A DNA stretch of 64,000 nt from positions 2,901,945 through 2,965,944 of the forward strand of contig OZ220464.1 of the NCBI GenBank assembly GCA_965115825.1. Direction: 5' to 3'. Every line of letters starts with the position of its first letter. Positions within the stretch are counted from its first letter, which is position 1. Origin of the DNA: Dehalococcoidia bacterium. Lineage in GTDB: Bacteria > Chloroflexota > Dehalococcoidia > Lucifugimonadales > UBA3495. The translations under genes were made by a program, and so were the position numbers. The notes under the pieces were generated by a model, which was not told where the DNA came from, did no database searches, and saw only the letters and a list, made by a program, of their open reading frames with translations. Below, in pieces: positions 26,927 through 36,212 of this stretch.

Positions 26927-27446
26927 CCGGCCCGGCCATAACGCCGATGACGCCGCGCCGCCGCCCGACCCGGTGGAGTCGCTGTCGCCGTGCCGCCGGG
27001 CTACCCTCGACCGCGCCCTTGACATCTTGAGCGACCGGACGCCAATAGCCGGCGCCTTGGGCGACCTGCCTCAGGTAACGGTGCCGCCGGCGCACATTAA
27101 AGAAGCATGTCGGGCGTGCCGGGACGATAGCGAACTGGACTGCCGGATGTTGCTCTGCCTGGCCTGCGTTGACTATCAGGAACGGTTCGATCTGGTGTAT
27201 TTTCTGCAGTCGCTGGCCCAGGAGCGTACGCTGGTCATCAAGGCTGCGGTGCCATACGACGCGCCACTCCTGCCGTCAGTATCGGAGATCTGGCCGGCCG
27301 CCGACTGGTACGAGCGAGAGGCCCACGACCTCTTTGGCGTGACCTTCAGCGGCCATCCCGACCTGTCGCCTCTACTGCTCTACCCAGAGTTTGAGGGGTT
27401 TCCGGGCCGGAAAGAGTACGATTTCTATGACTATCGGGAGTTTTAG
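26904..27446 (+). CDS. nuoC: NADH-quinone oxidoreductase subunit C
   Basis: 30-kDa subunit pattern (ERFDLVYFL...[16 protein letters not shown]). Overlaps the nuoB 3' end. Confidence 0.85.
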   Translation: MAPRPRTNRPGHNADDAAPPPDPVESLSPCRRATLDRALDILSDRTPIAGALGDLPQVTVPPAHIKEACRACRDDSELDCRMLLCLACVDYQERFDLVYFLQSLAQERTLVIKAAVPYDAPLLPSVSEIWPAADWYEREAHDLFGVTFSGHPDLSPLLLYPEFEGFPGRKEYDFYDYREF

Positions 27447-27447
27447 G

Positions 27448-27750
27448 ATGTCCGGCCCGGTTGATGCAAAGACGCCGGCCCCTGAGGCCCCAGTGGAGTT
27501 GACCGCCTGCGTCGTGGCTGAAGGCAGCCGCTACGTCGCAACCGTGAAAGGTCTGAATCTGGAAGGAAGCGGACGCACCCCCGACGCTGCGCAGGACGCT
27601 CTGGTGCAGGTCGTGCGCGGCTGGCTGGAGCGGCTGGACACCACCGGCAAGCTGGGAGAAGCTCTGGGCATTGCAGCTCTCGATGAAGAGGCCGAGGTTG
27701 TCCTGAAATTCGTTGACGGCGATGGCCGGATTAGCCAGTCAAGCGACTAG
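27448..27750 (+). CDS. HicB-like/UPF0150-fold small protein 1
   Basis: ..CVVAEGSRYVATVKGLNLEGSGRTPDAAQDALVQVVRGWLERL fits the HicB N-terminal domain pattern. Starts 1 nt after the nuoC stop. Confidence 0.5.
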   Translation: MSGPVDAKTPAPEAPVELTACVVAEGSRYVATVKGLNLEGSGRTPDAAQDALVQVVRGWLERLDTTGKLGEALGIAALDEEAEVVLKFVDGDGRISQSSD

Positions 27751-27753
27751 ATA

Positions 27754-28056
27754 ATGGACCGCATCGTGTATCAAATAGAGGAATCCCGCGCCGGTTCCGG
27801 CTGGTCGTCCCACTGCCCGGAGCTGGAGGTAACCGTTTTCGGCGATACCCGAGACGACGCCAGGCTGGCCCTGCGTCGGCAGGTGGGCGACTACCTGGAA
27901 GACTGCGCCGAATTGGGCATTCTGGAAGACACGCTCATCGAGGCGGGGTTTTACGACAACGGCGAAGTGTGGATGAGCAGCCTCATAGAACCGCCCCAAC
28001 CCAGCATCCGTTTTATCGGATCGCCCTTTCCCGCCAGCGAAAACGCGCTGCAATAA
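27754..28056 (+). CDS. HicB-like/UPF0150-fold small protein 2
   Basis: IVYQIEE...GWSSHCPELEVTVFGDTRDDARLALRRQVGDYLEDCAELG fits the same fold pattern. Starts 3 nt after the previous stop. Confidence 0.5.
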   Translation: MDRIVYQIEESRAGSGWSSHCPELEVTVFGDTRDDARLALRRQVGDYLEDCAELGILEDTLIEAGFYDNGEVWMSSLIEPPQPSIRFIGSPFPASENALQ

Positions 28057-28080
28057 CCGCCGCTGCGCCGGCGCTCCGTC

Positions 28081-29229
28081 ATGCTTGAAGCAACCTCATC
28101 ATTGTCGCCAACCGCCGCCGGCCGCGCCGATTCGCAGCCGGTGGAGATGCTGCTTAACATGGGGCCTCAGCACCCTTCCACTCACGGGGTGTTTCGCATG
28201 GTGCTGTGGGTGGACGGTGAGAAGATTGTTGACGTGGAGCCGCACATTGGCTACCTGCATCGGGGTTCGGAGAAGCTGTGTGAGGGCGAGCAATACCACC
28301 AGGTCGTGACGCTGTTCGATCGGATGGACTACATCGGCAACTTCAACAACGAACTGGCCTACTGCATGGCCGTGGAAAAGCTGATGGGTCTGGAAGTGCC
28401 AGAGCGCGCCGAGTACATCCGCGTCATCCTCTGCGAACTGAACCGCATCGCCAGCCATCTGCTCTATGTGGGCACGATGGGCCTGGACGCTGGAGCCATG
28501 ACGCCGGTAATGTTCTCTTTTCGGGGCCGGGAGAGAGTCCAAGCGCTGTTTGAGGCGGTGTCCGGCGCGCGCTTGATGCACAACTACTTCCGCATCGGTG
28601 GCCTGAAAGAGGACGTGCCGGACAATTTCCGGGAGATGGTCGCTGAGCTGATGCCCCTGCTCCGCGAGGACGTAGAGCAGAGCGACCGCATCCTGACCTT
28701 CAACGAGATTTTCCTGTCGCGGCTCAAAGACGTTAGCCCTATGGGAGCGGAGGAAGCCATCGCGTTGGGATTGACCGGCCCTCTTCTGCGCGCCTGTGGC
28801 TACGAGTACGACGTGCGCAAGGCGCAGCCCTACTCAATCTACGACCGCTTTGACTTTGAGACGCCGGTGGGTTTGGACGGAGACTGTTGGGACAGGCACT
28901 GGGTGCGGGTTCAGGAGATGTATCAGTCGCTGCGCATCGTGGAGCAGGCCATGGCGCAGCTGCCGGAGGGTCCGGTGGCCTCGCCGTTGGGGCGGCGTCT
29001 CATTCGCCCGCCGGCCGGCGAGACTTACGTTCGCGCCGAAAACCCCCGGGGCGAAATCGGCGTCTATCTGGTCAGCGACGGGAGCGACAAACCCTACCGT
29101 CTCAAGGTGCGGCCGCCGTCTTTCTGCAACCTTTCCGCATTGCGCCGTTTGCTGATAGATACCTGGCTGGCCGACAGCGTGGTTGTGCTGGGTTCGCTGG
29201 ACATTGTGTTGGGAGAGGTTGACCGATGA
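28081..29229 (+). CDS. nuoD: NADH-quinone oxidoreductase subunit D
   Basis: NMGPQHPSTHGV, GYLHRGSEK and C-terminal DIVLGEVDR motifs. Confidence 0.92.
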   Translation: MLEATSSLSPTAAGRADSQPVEMLLNMGPQHPSTHGVFRMVLWVDGEKIVDVEPHIGYLHRGSEKLCEGEQYHQVVTLFDRMDYIGNFNNELAYCMAVEKLMGLEVPERAEYIRVILCELNRIASHLLYVGTMGLDAGAMTPVMFSFRGRERVQALFEAVSGARLMHNYFRIGGLKEDVPDNFREMVAELMPLLREDVEQSDRILTFNEIFLSRLKDVSPMGAEEAIALGLTGPLLRACGYEYDVRKAQPYSIYDRFDFETPVGLDGDCWDRHWVRVQEMYQSLRIVEQAMAQLPEGPVASPLGRRLIRPPAGETYVRAENPRGEIGVYLVSDGSDKPYRLKVRPPSFCNLSALRRLLIDTWLADSVVVLGSLDIVLGEVDR

Positions 29230-30338
29230 GCTTCCTGCTCGACCTTGCTTGGAGCGCGTTGGGCTTGGCGGTGATGTTCGCCGTACTCTCCGTCATCGTG
29301 CTGTCACTCACATGGCTGGAGCGCAAGGCGCTGGGCCGGCTCCAACTGCGCTACGGGCCTACGCGCACCGGAAAGTTCGGCCTGCTCCAGCCGATTGCCG
29401 ATGCCGTGAAGCTCATTATCAAAGAGGACATCATCCCCAACGATTCGGAAAAGGCGATTTTCTGGATTGCGCCGGTCATTGTAGTGGTGTCGGCCTTCGT
29501 CATCTGGGTTACGATACCCGGCGGCGATAACGTGGTTATCAAGAACTTGCCCCTGGGCTTGTTCTATATCATCGCATTTGCCGTAATCGGCATTCTCGGC
29601 CTGGTGTTGGCCGGCTGGGGCTCCGCCAACAAGTATGGCATTATGGGCGGCTTGCGGTCGGCGGCGCAGTTGATTTCCTACGAGATTCCGGTGGTGCTGG
29701 TTGCCGCGGCCGTAGCCATTCTGGCCCAATCGCTGGATATGCGGGAAATCGTCGCAGCGCAGTCGGCTTACCCTTATCTGGTGGTGCTGCCCTTGGGTTT
29801 GGTAATCTTCTTCATTGCTGGCTTGGCAGAGGTTGGCCGCACTCCCTTCGACATTTACCACGCCGAGAGCGAGGTCGTAGGCGGCCCCTTTGTGGAGTAC
29901 AGCGGCGCGCACTGGTCGGTTTTCTTTTTGGCCGAATACATCAACACCTTTGCCATCGCCGCATTGACGGCATTGCTGTTTCTGGGCGGTTGGGGCGGCC
30001 CGGCGCTGCCCGATGTGGTATGGTTCCTGTTCAAGACCTATGCCGTGGTGCTGGTGATATTCTGGGTGCGCGGCACGTTCCCACGGCTTCGCATTGACCA
30101 ACTGATGGCATTTGCCTGGAAAGTTATGGTTCCCTTGTCTTTCTACACCGTCATCATCGCCGCCGCCTATCGTTTCTATGGCTTGCCCTGGTGGAGCCTT
30201 ACCATAATGTCCCTGGCGGGGCTGGCAGTGGCCGGCTGGATAATCTACCGCCGCATGACGGCTCCGGCCCGCCGGGTGGTCCGGGTACGGGAGCGCCTGG
30301 CAGCCCAGCGTCGCGCCGCCGCCTCATCGCGCACGTAG
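29226..30338 (+). CDS. nuoH: NADH-quinone oxidoreductase subunit H
   Basis: ERK..GR.Q.R.GP, LAE..R.PFD, EY...F motifs. ATGA overlap with nuoD. Confidence 0.92.
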   Translation: MSFLLDLAWSALGLAVMFAVLSVIVLSLTWLERKALGRLQLRYGPTRTGKFGLLQPIADAVKLIIKEDIIPNDSEKAIFWIAPVIVVVSAFVIWVTIPGGDNVVIKNLPLGLFYIIAFAVIGILGLVLAGWGSANKYGIMGGLRSAAQLISYEIPVVLVAAAVAILAQSLDMREIVAAQSAYPYLVVLPLGLVIFFIAGLAEVGRTPFDIYHAESEVVGGPFVEYSGAHWSVFFLAEYINTFAIAALTALLFLGGWGGPALPDVVWFLFKTYAVVLVIFWVRGTFPRLRIDQLMAFAWKVMVPLSFYTVIIAAAYRFYGLPWWSLTIMSLAGLAVAGWIIYRRMTAPARRVVRVRERLAAQRRAAASSRT

Positions 30339-30384
30339 TCGCCGATGCTGGTATGATATTGGCAGATTGCAGAGAGTTGCCGCC

Positions 30385-30975
30385 ATGATGACCGCTAAAA
30401 CGCGCAAAATCACCGTTGCGGAGTTCTGGGCGATGCCGGAAGAACCCGGCTATCGTTACGAACTGGTGGATGGAGAACCGGTTGACATGGATGGAGCGCC
30501 GCCGCATGGCAGAGTAACGCTCAAGATAGGCCGGCTGCTGGGCGACCATGTGGACGGCGCCGGGTTGCCGTTGGACGTAGGCGTCAGCACGGGTTTTCAG
30601 ATGGATTCTTATACGCTGCGCATTCCTGATGTACACGTGACCACATGGGAGCGAATGGCGGCGTATGATGAAAGCGCCGGCGGTTGGCCTCAATTCGCGC
30701 CTAACGTGGCGATTGAGGTAGCGTCTCCGAGCAATGCGCCGGCGGATTTGGAGCACAAAACCGACGAGTATTTTACCAACGGCGCGCAGGCGGTCTGGAT
30801 TATCGACCCCGGCCCGCGCACGGTGGCGCTCCGTCGCCCCGGCCGGCCGGAGCAGATTTTCGGCGCTGGCGACGTTCTGCGCGGCGACCCGGAAATACCC
30901 GGGTTTGTCTGCTCCGTCGACGACATATTCTCCGTTCTGGACCGTATGGCCCTACCAATTACAGAGGAAAATTAG
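30385..30975 (+). CDS. Uma2 (DUF820) family putative endonuclease, embedded between nuoH and nuoI
   Basis: ITVAEFWAMPEEPGYRYELVDGEPV.., PDV.., IEVASPSN.., K..EY...G....WIIDP pattern. Confidence 0.8.
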   Translation: MMTAKTRKITVAEFWAMPEEPGYRYELVDGEPVDMDGAPPHGRVTLKIGRLLGDHVDGAGLPLDVGVSTGFQMDSYTLRIPDVHVTTWERMAAYDESAGGWPQFAPNVAIEVASPSNAPADLEHKTDEYFTNGAQAVWIIDPGPRTVALRRPGRPEQIFGAGDVLRGDPEIPGFVCSVDDIFSVLDRMALPITEEN

Positions 30976-30977
30976 CG

Positions 30978-31523
30978 ATGCTGGAAAGCCTCAAAGGGAT
31001 GTTGCTTACGCTGGGATCGGCGGTTTCCGGCCTGCGTCGGCCCATTACGCAGCAGTACCCCAAGCAGGCGACGCCGGTGCGTCCGCGCTTTATGGGCTTC
31101 CCCGCCCTGACGTGGGACGCCGAGGTTAGCGAGCCCTACTGTACCGGGTGCATGGTCTGCATCCGCAACTGCCCGACTCAGTGTATGTCCGCCAGCATGA
31201 TGGACAATCCTAAGTACGCCGAGGGCGAAAGCAGCCGGCGCAAGATTGTCGATTACTTTGAAATCAACCTCAACCGTTGTATATTGTGCGGCATCTGCGT
31301 TGAGTACTGCAATTTTGACGCTATCGTAATGAGCCACGAACATGAAATGAGCACCTACGCCCGCAACGGCGACCGCGTTGACTTGCCAGCGCTCCTGCAA
31401 ATCGGCAAAAAATACCAGGACGCTACCCACTGGATTCCACCAACCGTCCTGGCCAAACAAAAATCCGACGCCGCCAAAGCTGCCGAGGCTGCCGAAAAGT
31501 CGGCCGACGCTGCCGCCGAGTAA
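30978..31523 (+). CDS. nuoI: NADH-quinone oxidoreductase subunit I
   Basis: Two 4Fe-4S motifs, CTGCMVCIRNCP and CILCGICVEYCN. Confidence 0.9.
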   Translation: MLESLKGMLLTLGSAVSGLRRPITQQYPKQATPVRPRFMGFPALTWDAEVSEPYCTGCMVCIRNCPTQCMSASMMDNPKYAEGESSRRKIVDYFEINLNRCILCGICVEYCNFDAIVMSHEHEMSTYARNGDRVDLPALLQIGKKYQDATHWIPPTVLAKQKSDAAKAAEAAEKSADAAAE

Positions 31524-31561
31524 CCGCCCGCGCCGCAGCCGCCACCATACCGAGGAACTCC

Positions 31562-31864
31562 GTGCCCAGAGAAGACGAACGCTACCGTAACCTGTCGCCC
31601 ACACACCCGCAGTACTGCACTTGCGTTGAATGCGTGCGGAAGCGACTGGACGGGGAGAACTCTAACCCGGCGCAGCGGGTCGGCGGGCTGGTAGGTAAGT
31701 TGGCTGGCAAGGCCGCCAAAATAGGCCAGGGGAAGGGCAAACGTCGGGGCAAATCCGGCGGTTCCGGCAAAGCCCGCGGCCGTTCCGAAACGATTGGCGA
31801 ACCCGTTCGCAGGCACAAAGCTAACTGCGAGTGCGCGACCTGTACGCTGCTCAAATCCATTTAG
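31562..31864 (+). CDS. Small basic protein with two HxxxCxCxxC motifs flanking a Gly/Lys-rich linker
   Basis: GTG-start 100-aa ORF between nuoI and nuoJ. Carries HPQYCTCVEC (31604-31633) and HKANCECATC (31814-31843). Coding status is inferred only from its position and the motif duplication. Confidence 0.4.
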   Translation: MPREDERYRNLSPTHPQYCTCVECVRKRLDGENSNPAQRVGGLVGKLAGKAAKIGQGKGKRRGKSGGSGKARGRSETIGEPVRRHKANCECATCTLLKSI

Positions 31865-31889
31865 CCGTTGATGAAGAGGATGGATAGCC

Positions 31890-32408
31890 TTGCAGCTGGC
31901 CCTGTTCATCATCGTAGCTATTTTTACCATCGGCGGCGCGCTGGGCGTTGTGGCGACGCGCAACGTGGTACACGCTGCGTTGTTCCTGCTCTTATCCCTG
32001 ATGGGCGGGGCCGGCGTCTATCTCCTGCTATTCGCTGAGTTTCTGGCGCTGGTGCAAGTGCTGATTTACGGCGGGGCGGTTACCATAGTCGTGCTGTTCG
32101 CCGTGATGCTGACCCGTTCCTCGGAATACCCGCGCATAACCGATAACCGGCAATGGCCGCTGGGTCTGCTTGCGGCCCTGGCGCTGTCGGTAGTGTTGGG
32201 CGCGGCTTTTTGGGCGGCTCCTGACACAGCCGCCGAGCCACAAGCGCCGGTGTTCACCGACTTGGCATCGTCGTTGTTCACCAAATGGGCGCTGCCGTTC
32301 GAGATAGCCTCGCTGGTGCTGCTGGTAGCTCTCATCGGAGCCATCATCATTGCGCGGCAGCAGAGCGCGACCGTGGCGGACGATACGCCGCCGCAAGGCG
32401 AGGATTAA
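31890..32408 (+). CDS. nuoJ: NADH-quinone oxidoreductase subunit J
   Basis: 5-TM protein with the typical VLIYGGAVTIVVLF segment. TTG start. Confidence 0.85.
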   Translation: MQLALFIIVAIFTIGGALGVVATRNVVHAALFLLLSLMGGAGVYLLLFAEFLALVQVLIYGGAVTIVVLFAVMLTRSSEYPRITDNRQWPLGLLAALALSVVLGAAFWAAPDTAAEPQAPVFTDLASSLFTKWALPFEIASLVLLVALIGAIIIARQQSATVADDTPPQGED

Positions 32409-32416
32409 ACTCTCCC

Positions 32417-32737
32417 ATGGTTCCGCTGCTGTATTTCCAGCTCCTGAGCGTCGCCCTGTTCGGCATCGGCCTGTATGGGGTGTTGGCGCGGCGTAGCGCG
32501 GTGCTGATTATCCTGTCCATCGAGCTGATGCTGAACGCCGTCAACATCAACCTGATTGCTGCCGCTTCCTACCTCAACGGCAGCGGCCGTTTCGCCGCAT
32601 TCGACGGCCAGATAATCGCAATCTTCGTCATCACTGTGGCCGCCGCCGAAGTGGGGCTCGCCTTCGCCATTGTCCTGCGGATGTACCGGAATCGGGGAAC
32701 CGTCAACGTTGATGAAATCAATATCTTGAAATGGTGA
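32417..32737 (+). CDS. nuoK: NADH-quinone oxidoreductase subunit K
   Basis: ~100-aa 3-TM protein, SIELMLNAVN motif. ATG 32417. Confidence 0.9.
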   Translation: MVPLLYFQLLSVALFGIGLYGVLARRSAVLIILSIELMLNAVNINLIAAASYLNGSGRFAAFDGQIIAIFVITVAAAEVGLAFAIVLRMYRNRGTVNVDEINILKW

Positions 32738-32738
32738 T

Positions 32739-34676
32739 ATGCCGCTAGCCTTCCTGATACCCGTATTGTCGTTCGCCGCCTGTCCGCTGATTATTCTCTT
32801 TCAGCGTTGGCTCCCGCTGCGGGGGGCTCCGCTGGCGATTCTGGCCATCGGCGGCGGCTTTGTGGTGTGGATATTGGCGACGCTGGGCTTTCTGGGCGCG
32901 TCTGCCGACCACCCCTCTTGCGACGTTAGCGCGATAACCCACGCGCTCACCTGCCATTTCAGCACGACCTGGTTCGAGGCTGGCATCCCCGGCGTCAGCG
33001 CCGGCGTTGACCAAGCAATCCATCTGGATTGGGGGATGCTGATTGACCCCCTGACCATCGTTTTGCTGGGGCTGATTACCTTCGTCGCCCTGGGCGTCCA
33101 GCTCTACTCGCTGGCGTACATGAAAGGCGACCCGCGCTTTGGGTGGTATTATGCTTGGCAGGCGTTGTTCGTGGCGGCGATGCTTACGCTGGCGCTGGCC
33201 GATAACTTCCTGCTGCTCTATATTGCCTGGGAGCTGGTTGGGTTGTGTTCCTACCTGCTCATCGGCTTCTGGTTTGAGAACCCCGGCCCGCGCGAGGCTG
33301 CCAAAAAAGCCTTCGTGGTGACGCGCATCGGCGATGTTGGGTTGCTGGTGGGCATCCTGCTGCTGTGGGTGAACGTGGGCAGCTTCAGTATGACCGACGC
33401 TTTCGCGGCGGCGGCTTCCGGCCAGCTTAGCGACGGCGTAATCACCGCCTCCGCCATCCTACTGCTGTTGGGGGCGATGGGCAAATCGGCCCAGTTTCCC
33501 TTCCACGTGTGGCTGCCCGACGCTATGGAAGGCCCCACGCCGGTCAGCGCGCTGATTCACGCCGCCACCATGGTCATCGCCGGCGTTTATCTGGTGGCCC
33601 GGGCTTATCCCATCTTCGCGGCATCGCCGGAGGCCCTGATGGTTGTCGCCAGCATCGGGATGATAACCGCGCTGGGAGCGGCGACGATTGCTCTGGTGTC
33701 CACCGACCTCAAACGCATCCTGGCCTACTCCACCGTATCTCACCTGGGATTGATGATGCTGTCATTGGGTGCGCTGGGATGGACGGCGGCGGTGTTCCAC
33801 CTGATGGCTCACGGTTTCGCCAAGGCCCTGCTGTTCCTGAGCGCCGGCAGCGTGATGCACGGCGTCGGCGCCCATGGCGATGTTGACATCCGACGGGTCG
33901 GCGGGCTGCGCCGGACAATGCCGCTGACGGCGACGGCCTTTTCCATCGGCGCGCTGTCCCTGGGCGGAATACCGATACTATCGGGCTTTTGGAGCAAGGA
34001 TGAGATACTGCTGGCCGTTTCCAACAACCTGCCGATGATTTTTATCGTGCTGACGATGCTGACCGCCTTTTTGAGCGCGCTTTATATGGCTCGCGCCATG
34101 TTCATCGTTTTCTTCGGGCCGGAGGGGGATGACAGCCGCCACGCCCATGAGTCGCCCGTATTGATGACCGGCGTACTGGCCGCGCTGGCCGTGCTGGCAA
34201 TCGGGTTCGGCTGGATTGCTTTCGCCTGGCCGGGTTCTTCCGGCGTTTTCGGCGGCTTCGTTTTTTACGAACACGCGGAGGGGTTCCATTTCAACGTTGC
34301 GCTGGGCGCGTTGAGCATCCTGTTGGCGGTTGGAGCGTTCGCGCTGGCGTGGCTGGTGTATGTGCGCCGGGCGGTGTCCCATGAGTCCTGGCGGGCCAGG
34401 TTCGCTCCGGTGCTGCGGGTAGTGGAGAACCGCTACTATGTGGACGAAACCTACCAGTGGGTGATTGACCGGGTGGTGCTGACCGTGTCCGCTGCGCTGG
34501 CCTTCTTTGACCGGGCCGTCGTGAACGATGTAGGGATCAACGGGCCGGCCGATGTGGTGCGCAAGGCCGGCATCGCCCTGCGCCTCCACGTAACCGGGCA
34601 CGTTTATACCTATGCGCTGGCGGTGGCGCTGGGCGTCATTGCGCTGGCGATTTTCTGGTGGCTGCGCTCGGCTTAG
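32739..34676 (+). CDS. nuoL: NADH-quinone oxidoreductase subunit L
   Basis: Antiporter-like subunit (WELVGLCSYLLIGFW, GKSAQFPFHVWLPDAMEGPTPVSALIHAATMV). Confidence 0.92.
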   Translation: MPLAFLIPVLSFAACPLIILFQRWLPLRGAPLAILAIGGGFVVWILATLGFLGASADHPSCDVSAITHALTCHFSTTWFEAGIPGVSAGVDQAIHLDWGMLIDPLTIVLLGLITFVALGVQLYSLAYMKGDPRFGWYYAWQALFVAAMLTLALADNFLLLYIAWELVGLCSYLLIGFWFENPGPREAAKKAFVVTRIGDVGLLVGILLLWVNVGSFSMTDAFAAAASGQLSDGVITASAILLLLGAMGKSAQFPFHVWLPDAMEGPTPVSALIHAATMVIAGVYLVARAYPIFAASPEALMVVASIGMITALGAATIALVSTDLKRILAYSTVSHLGLMMLSLGALGWTAAVFHLMAHGFAKALLFLSAGSVMHGVGAHGDVDIRRVGGLRRTMPLTATAFSIGALSLGGIPILSGFWSKDEILLAVSNNLPMIFIVLTMLTAFLSALYMARAMFIVFFGPEGDDSRHAHESPVLMTGVLAALAVLAIGFGWIAFAWPGSSGVFGGFVFYEHAEGFHFNVALGALSILLAVGAFALAWLVYVRRAVSHESWRARFAPVLRVVENRYYVDETYQWVIDRVVLTVSAALAFFDRAVVNDVGINGPADVVRKAGIALRLHVTGHVYTYALAVALGVIALAIFWWLRSA

Positions 34677-34685
34677 CGGTTGATA

Positions 34686-36200
34686 ATGGCTAACTTTGAC
34701 CAGGTATCGCTGCTGCTGCTGGTCCTCGTGCCGTTGGCCGGGGCGATACTGGCGATGTTCCTTCCCAGAGACCGGCCCAGGGACGCCTGGCGGTTCGCCA
34801 TCTTGGTGGCGGCGATTTCGTTCGCGCTGTCCGTCGCCGTGTTCGTCCGCTACGACTACGCCGCCGGGGGGGTGCAGTTTCAGCGCGAATATGCCTGGAT
34901 TGGGCACCCGCTGAACATCAGCCTGCACTTCGGGTTGAACGGCATCGGCGCGCCCCTGGTTCTGCTCAACGGCATAGTGCTGCTGGGAGCGGCGCTCATC
35001 AGCCAGACCATAACCCGGCGCACCCGGGATTTCTTCGCGCTGCTGCTGGCCCTGGGCGCGGGAGTGTACGGCGTTTTTATCGTGCGGGACCTGTTCTTCC
35101 TGTTCTTTTTCTATGAGCTGGCCGTGCTGCCCATGTACCTGCTCATCGGAGTTTGGGGAAGCAGCACCGACTTCGGCACATTCCTGCGCACCAAAGAGTA
35201 CGGCGCGATGAAACTCATGCTGGTTCTAGTTGCCGGCAGCGCACTAATCTGGATTGGCATACTTGCCCTTTACGTCACATCATCGCAGGGAGGTAATCCG
35301 ACGTTTAACATTGACTCCCTGGCGGAGATGCAACAGGGTGGCGCGTTTTCCCGCACGTTGGAGCTGTGGGTGTTTCCATTATTCGCTATCGGGTTCGGAG
35401 CGCTGGCCGGCCTGTGGCCCTTTCACACGTGGTCGCCCGACGGCCACGTAGCCGCGCCTACGGGCGTCAGTATGCTCCACGCCGGCGTGTTGATGAAGTT
35501 GGGGGCCTTCGGCATTATTCAGGTAGGGATGCTGCTGACGCCGGCGGGCGCGGAGTTCTGGATGCCCACGCTTATAGGCCTGGGCACCGTCAACGTTATC
35601 TACGGCGCAATCTCCGCGCTGTCGCAGAACGATTTGAAGTATGTCATCGGCTATTCCAGCGTCAGCCACATGGGTTACGTGCTGATGGGCATTGCCACGC
35701 TGCACCCGGTCGGCTTGGCCGGAGCAGTGCTGCAAATGTTCTCTCACGGCATAATGACGGCGCTGATGTTCGCCATGGTCGGCGCGATTTACGAGCGGGC
35801 GCACATCCGCGATTCCCTCATCCTCAACGGCCTGATTAAGCGGATGGGCGTAACCACATTCTTCTTTGCTATCGCCGGCCTGGCCTCGCTGGGCTTGCCC
35901 GGACTCAGCGGGTTCATTGCCGAGTTCATGGTGTTCACCGGGGCATTTCGCACCTACCTGCCGCTGGCGGTGCTGGGCGTCGTCGGCGCGGCGATTACCG
36001 CCGTGTATATCCTGCGGCTGCTGGCACGGTCATTCTTCGGAGAGGCAGACCCGCAGTGGGAGCACCTTACCGACGCCAGTCCGGTTGAAAAAGGCGTTGG
36101 CGCGGCTTTCGTCATCATCCTGATTGTTGTCGGCGTATGGCCGGCGCCTCTGCTGAACGTAATCAACACCGGCGTGGCCGGCGCGCTCTCGGTGTTCTAG
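34686..36200 (+). CDS. nuoM: NADH-quinone oxidoreductase subunit M
   Basis: Antiporter-like subunit (FHTWSPDGHVAAPT..SMLHAGVLMKLG). ATG 34686; the ORF is open from TTG 34680. Confidence 0.9.
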   Translation: MANFDQVSLLLLVLVPLAGAILAMFLPRDRPRDAWRFAILVAAISFALSVAVFVRYDYAAGGVQFQREYAWIGHPLNISLHFGLNGIGAPLVLLNGIVLLGAALISQTITRRTRDFFALLLALGAGVYGVFIVRDLFFLFFFYELAVLPMYLLIGVWGSSTDFGTFLRTKEYGAMKLMLVLVAGSALIWIGILALYVTSSQGGNPTFNIDSLAEMQQGGAFSRTLELWVFPLFAIGFGALAGLWPFHTWSPDGHVAAPTGVSMLHAGVLMKLGAFGIIQVGMLLTPAGAEFWMPTLIGLGTVNVIYGAISALSQNDLKYVIGYSSVSHMGYVLMGIATLHPVGLAGAVLQMFSHGIMTALMFAMVGAIYERAHIRDSLILNGLIKRMGVTTFFFAIAGLASLGLPGLSGFIAEFMVFTGAFRTYLPLAVLGVVGAAITAVYILRLLARSFFGEADPQWEHLTDASPVEKGVGAAFVIILIVVGVWPAPLLNVINTGVAGALSVF

Positions 36201-36212
36201 GCGGCTGCGTAG

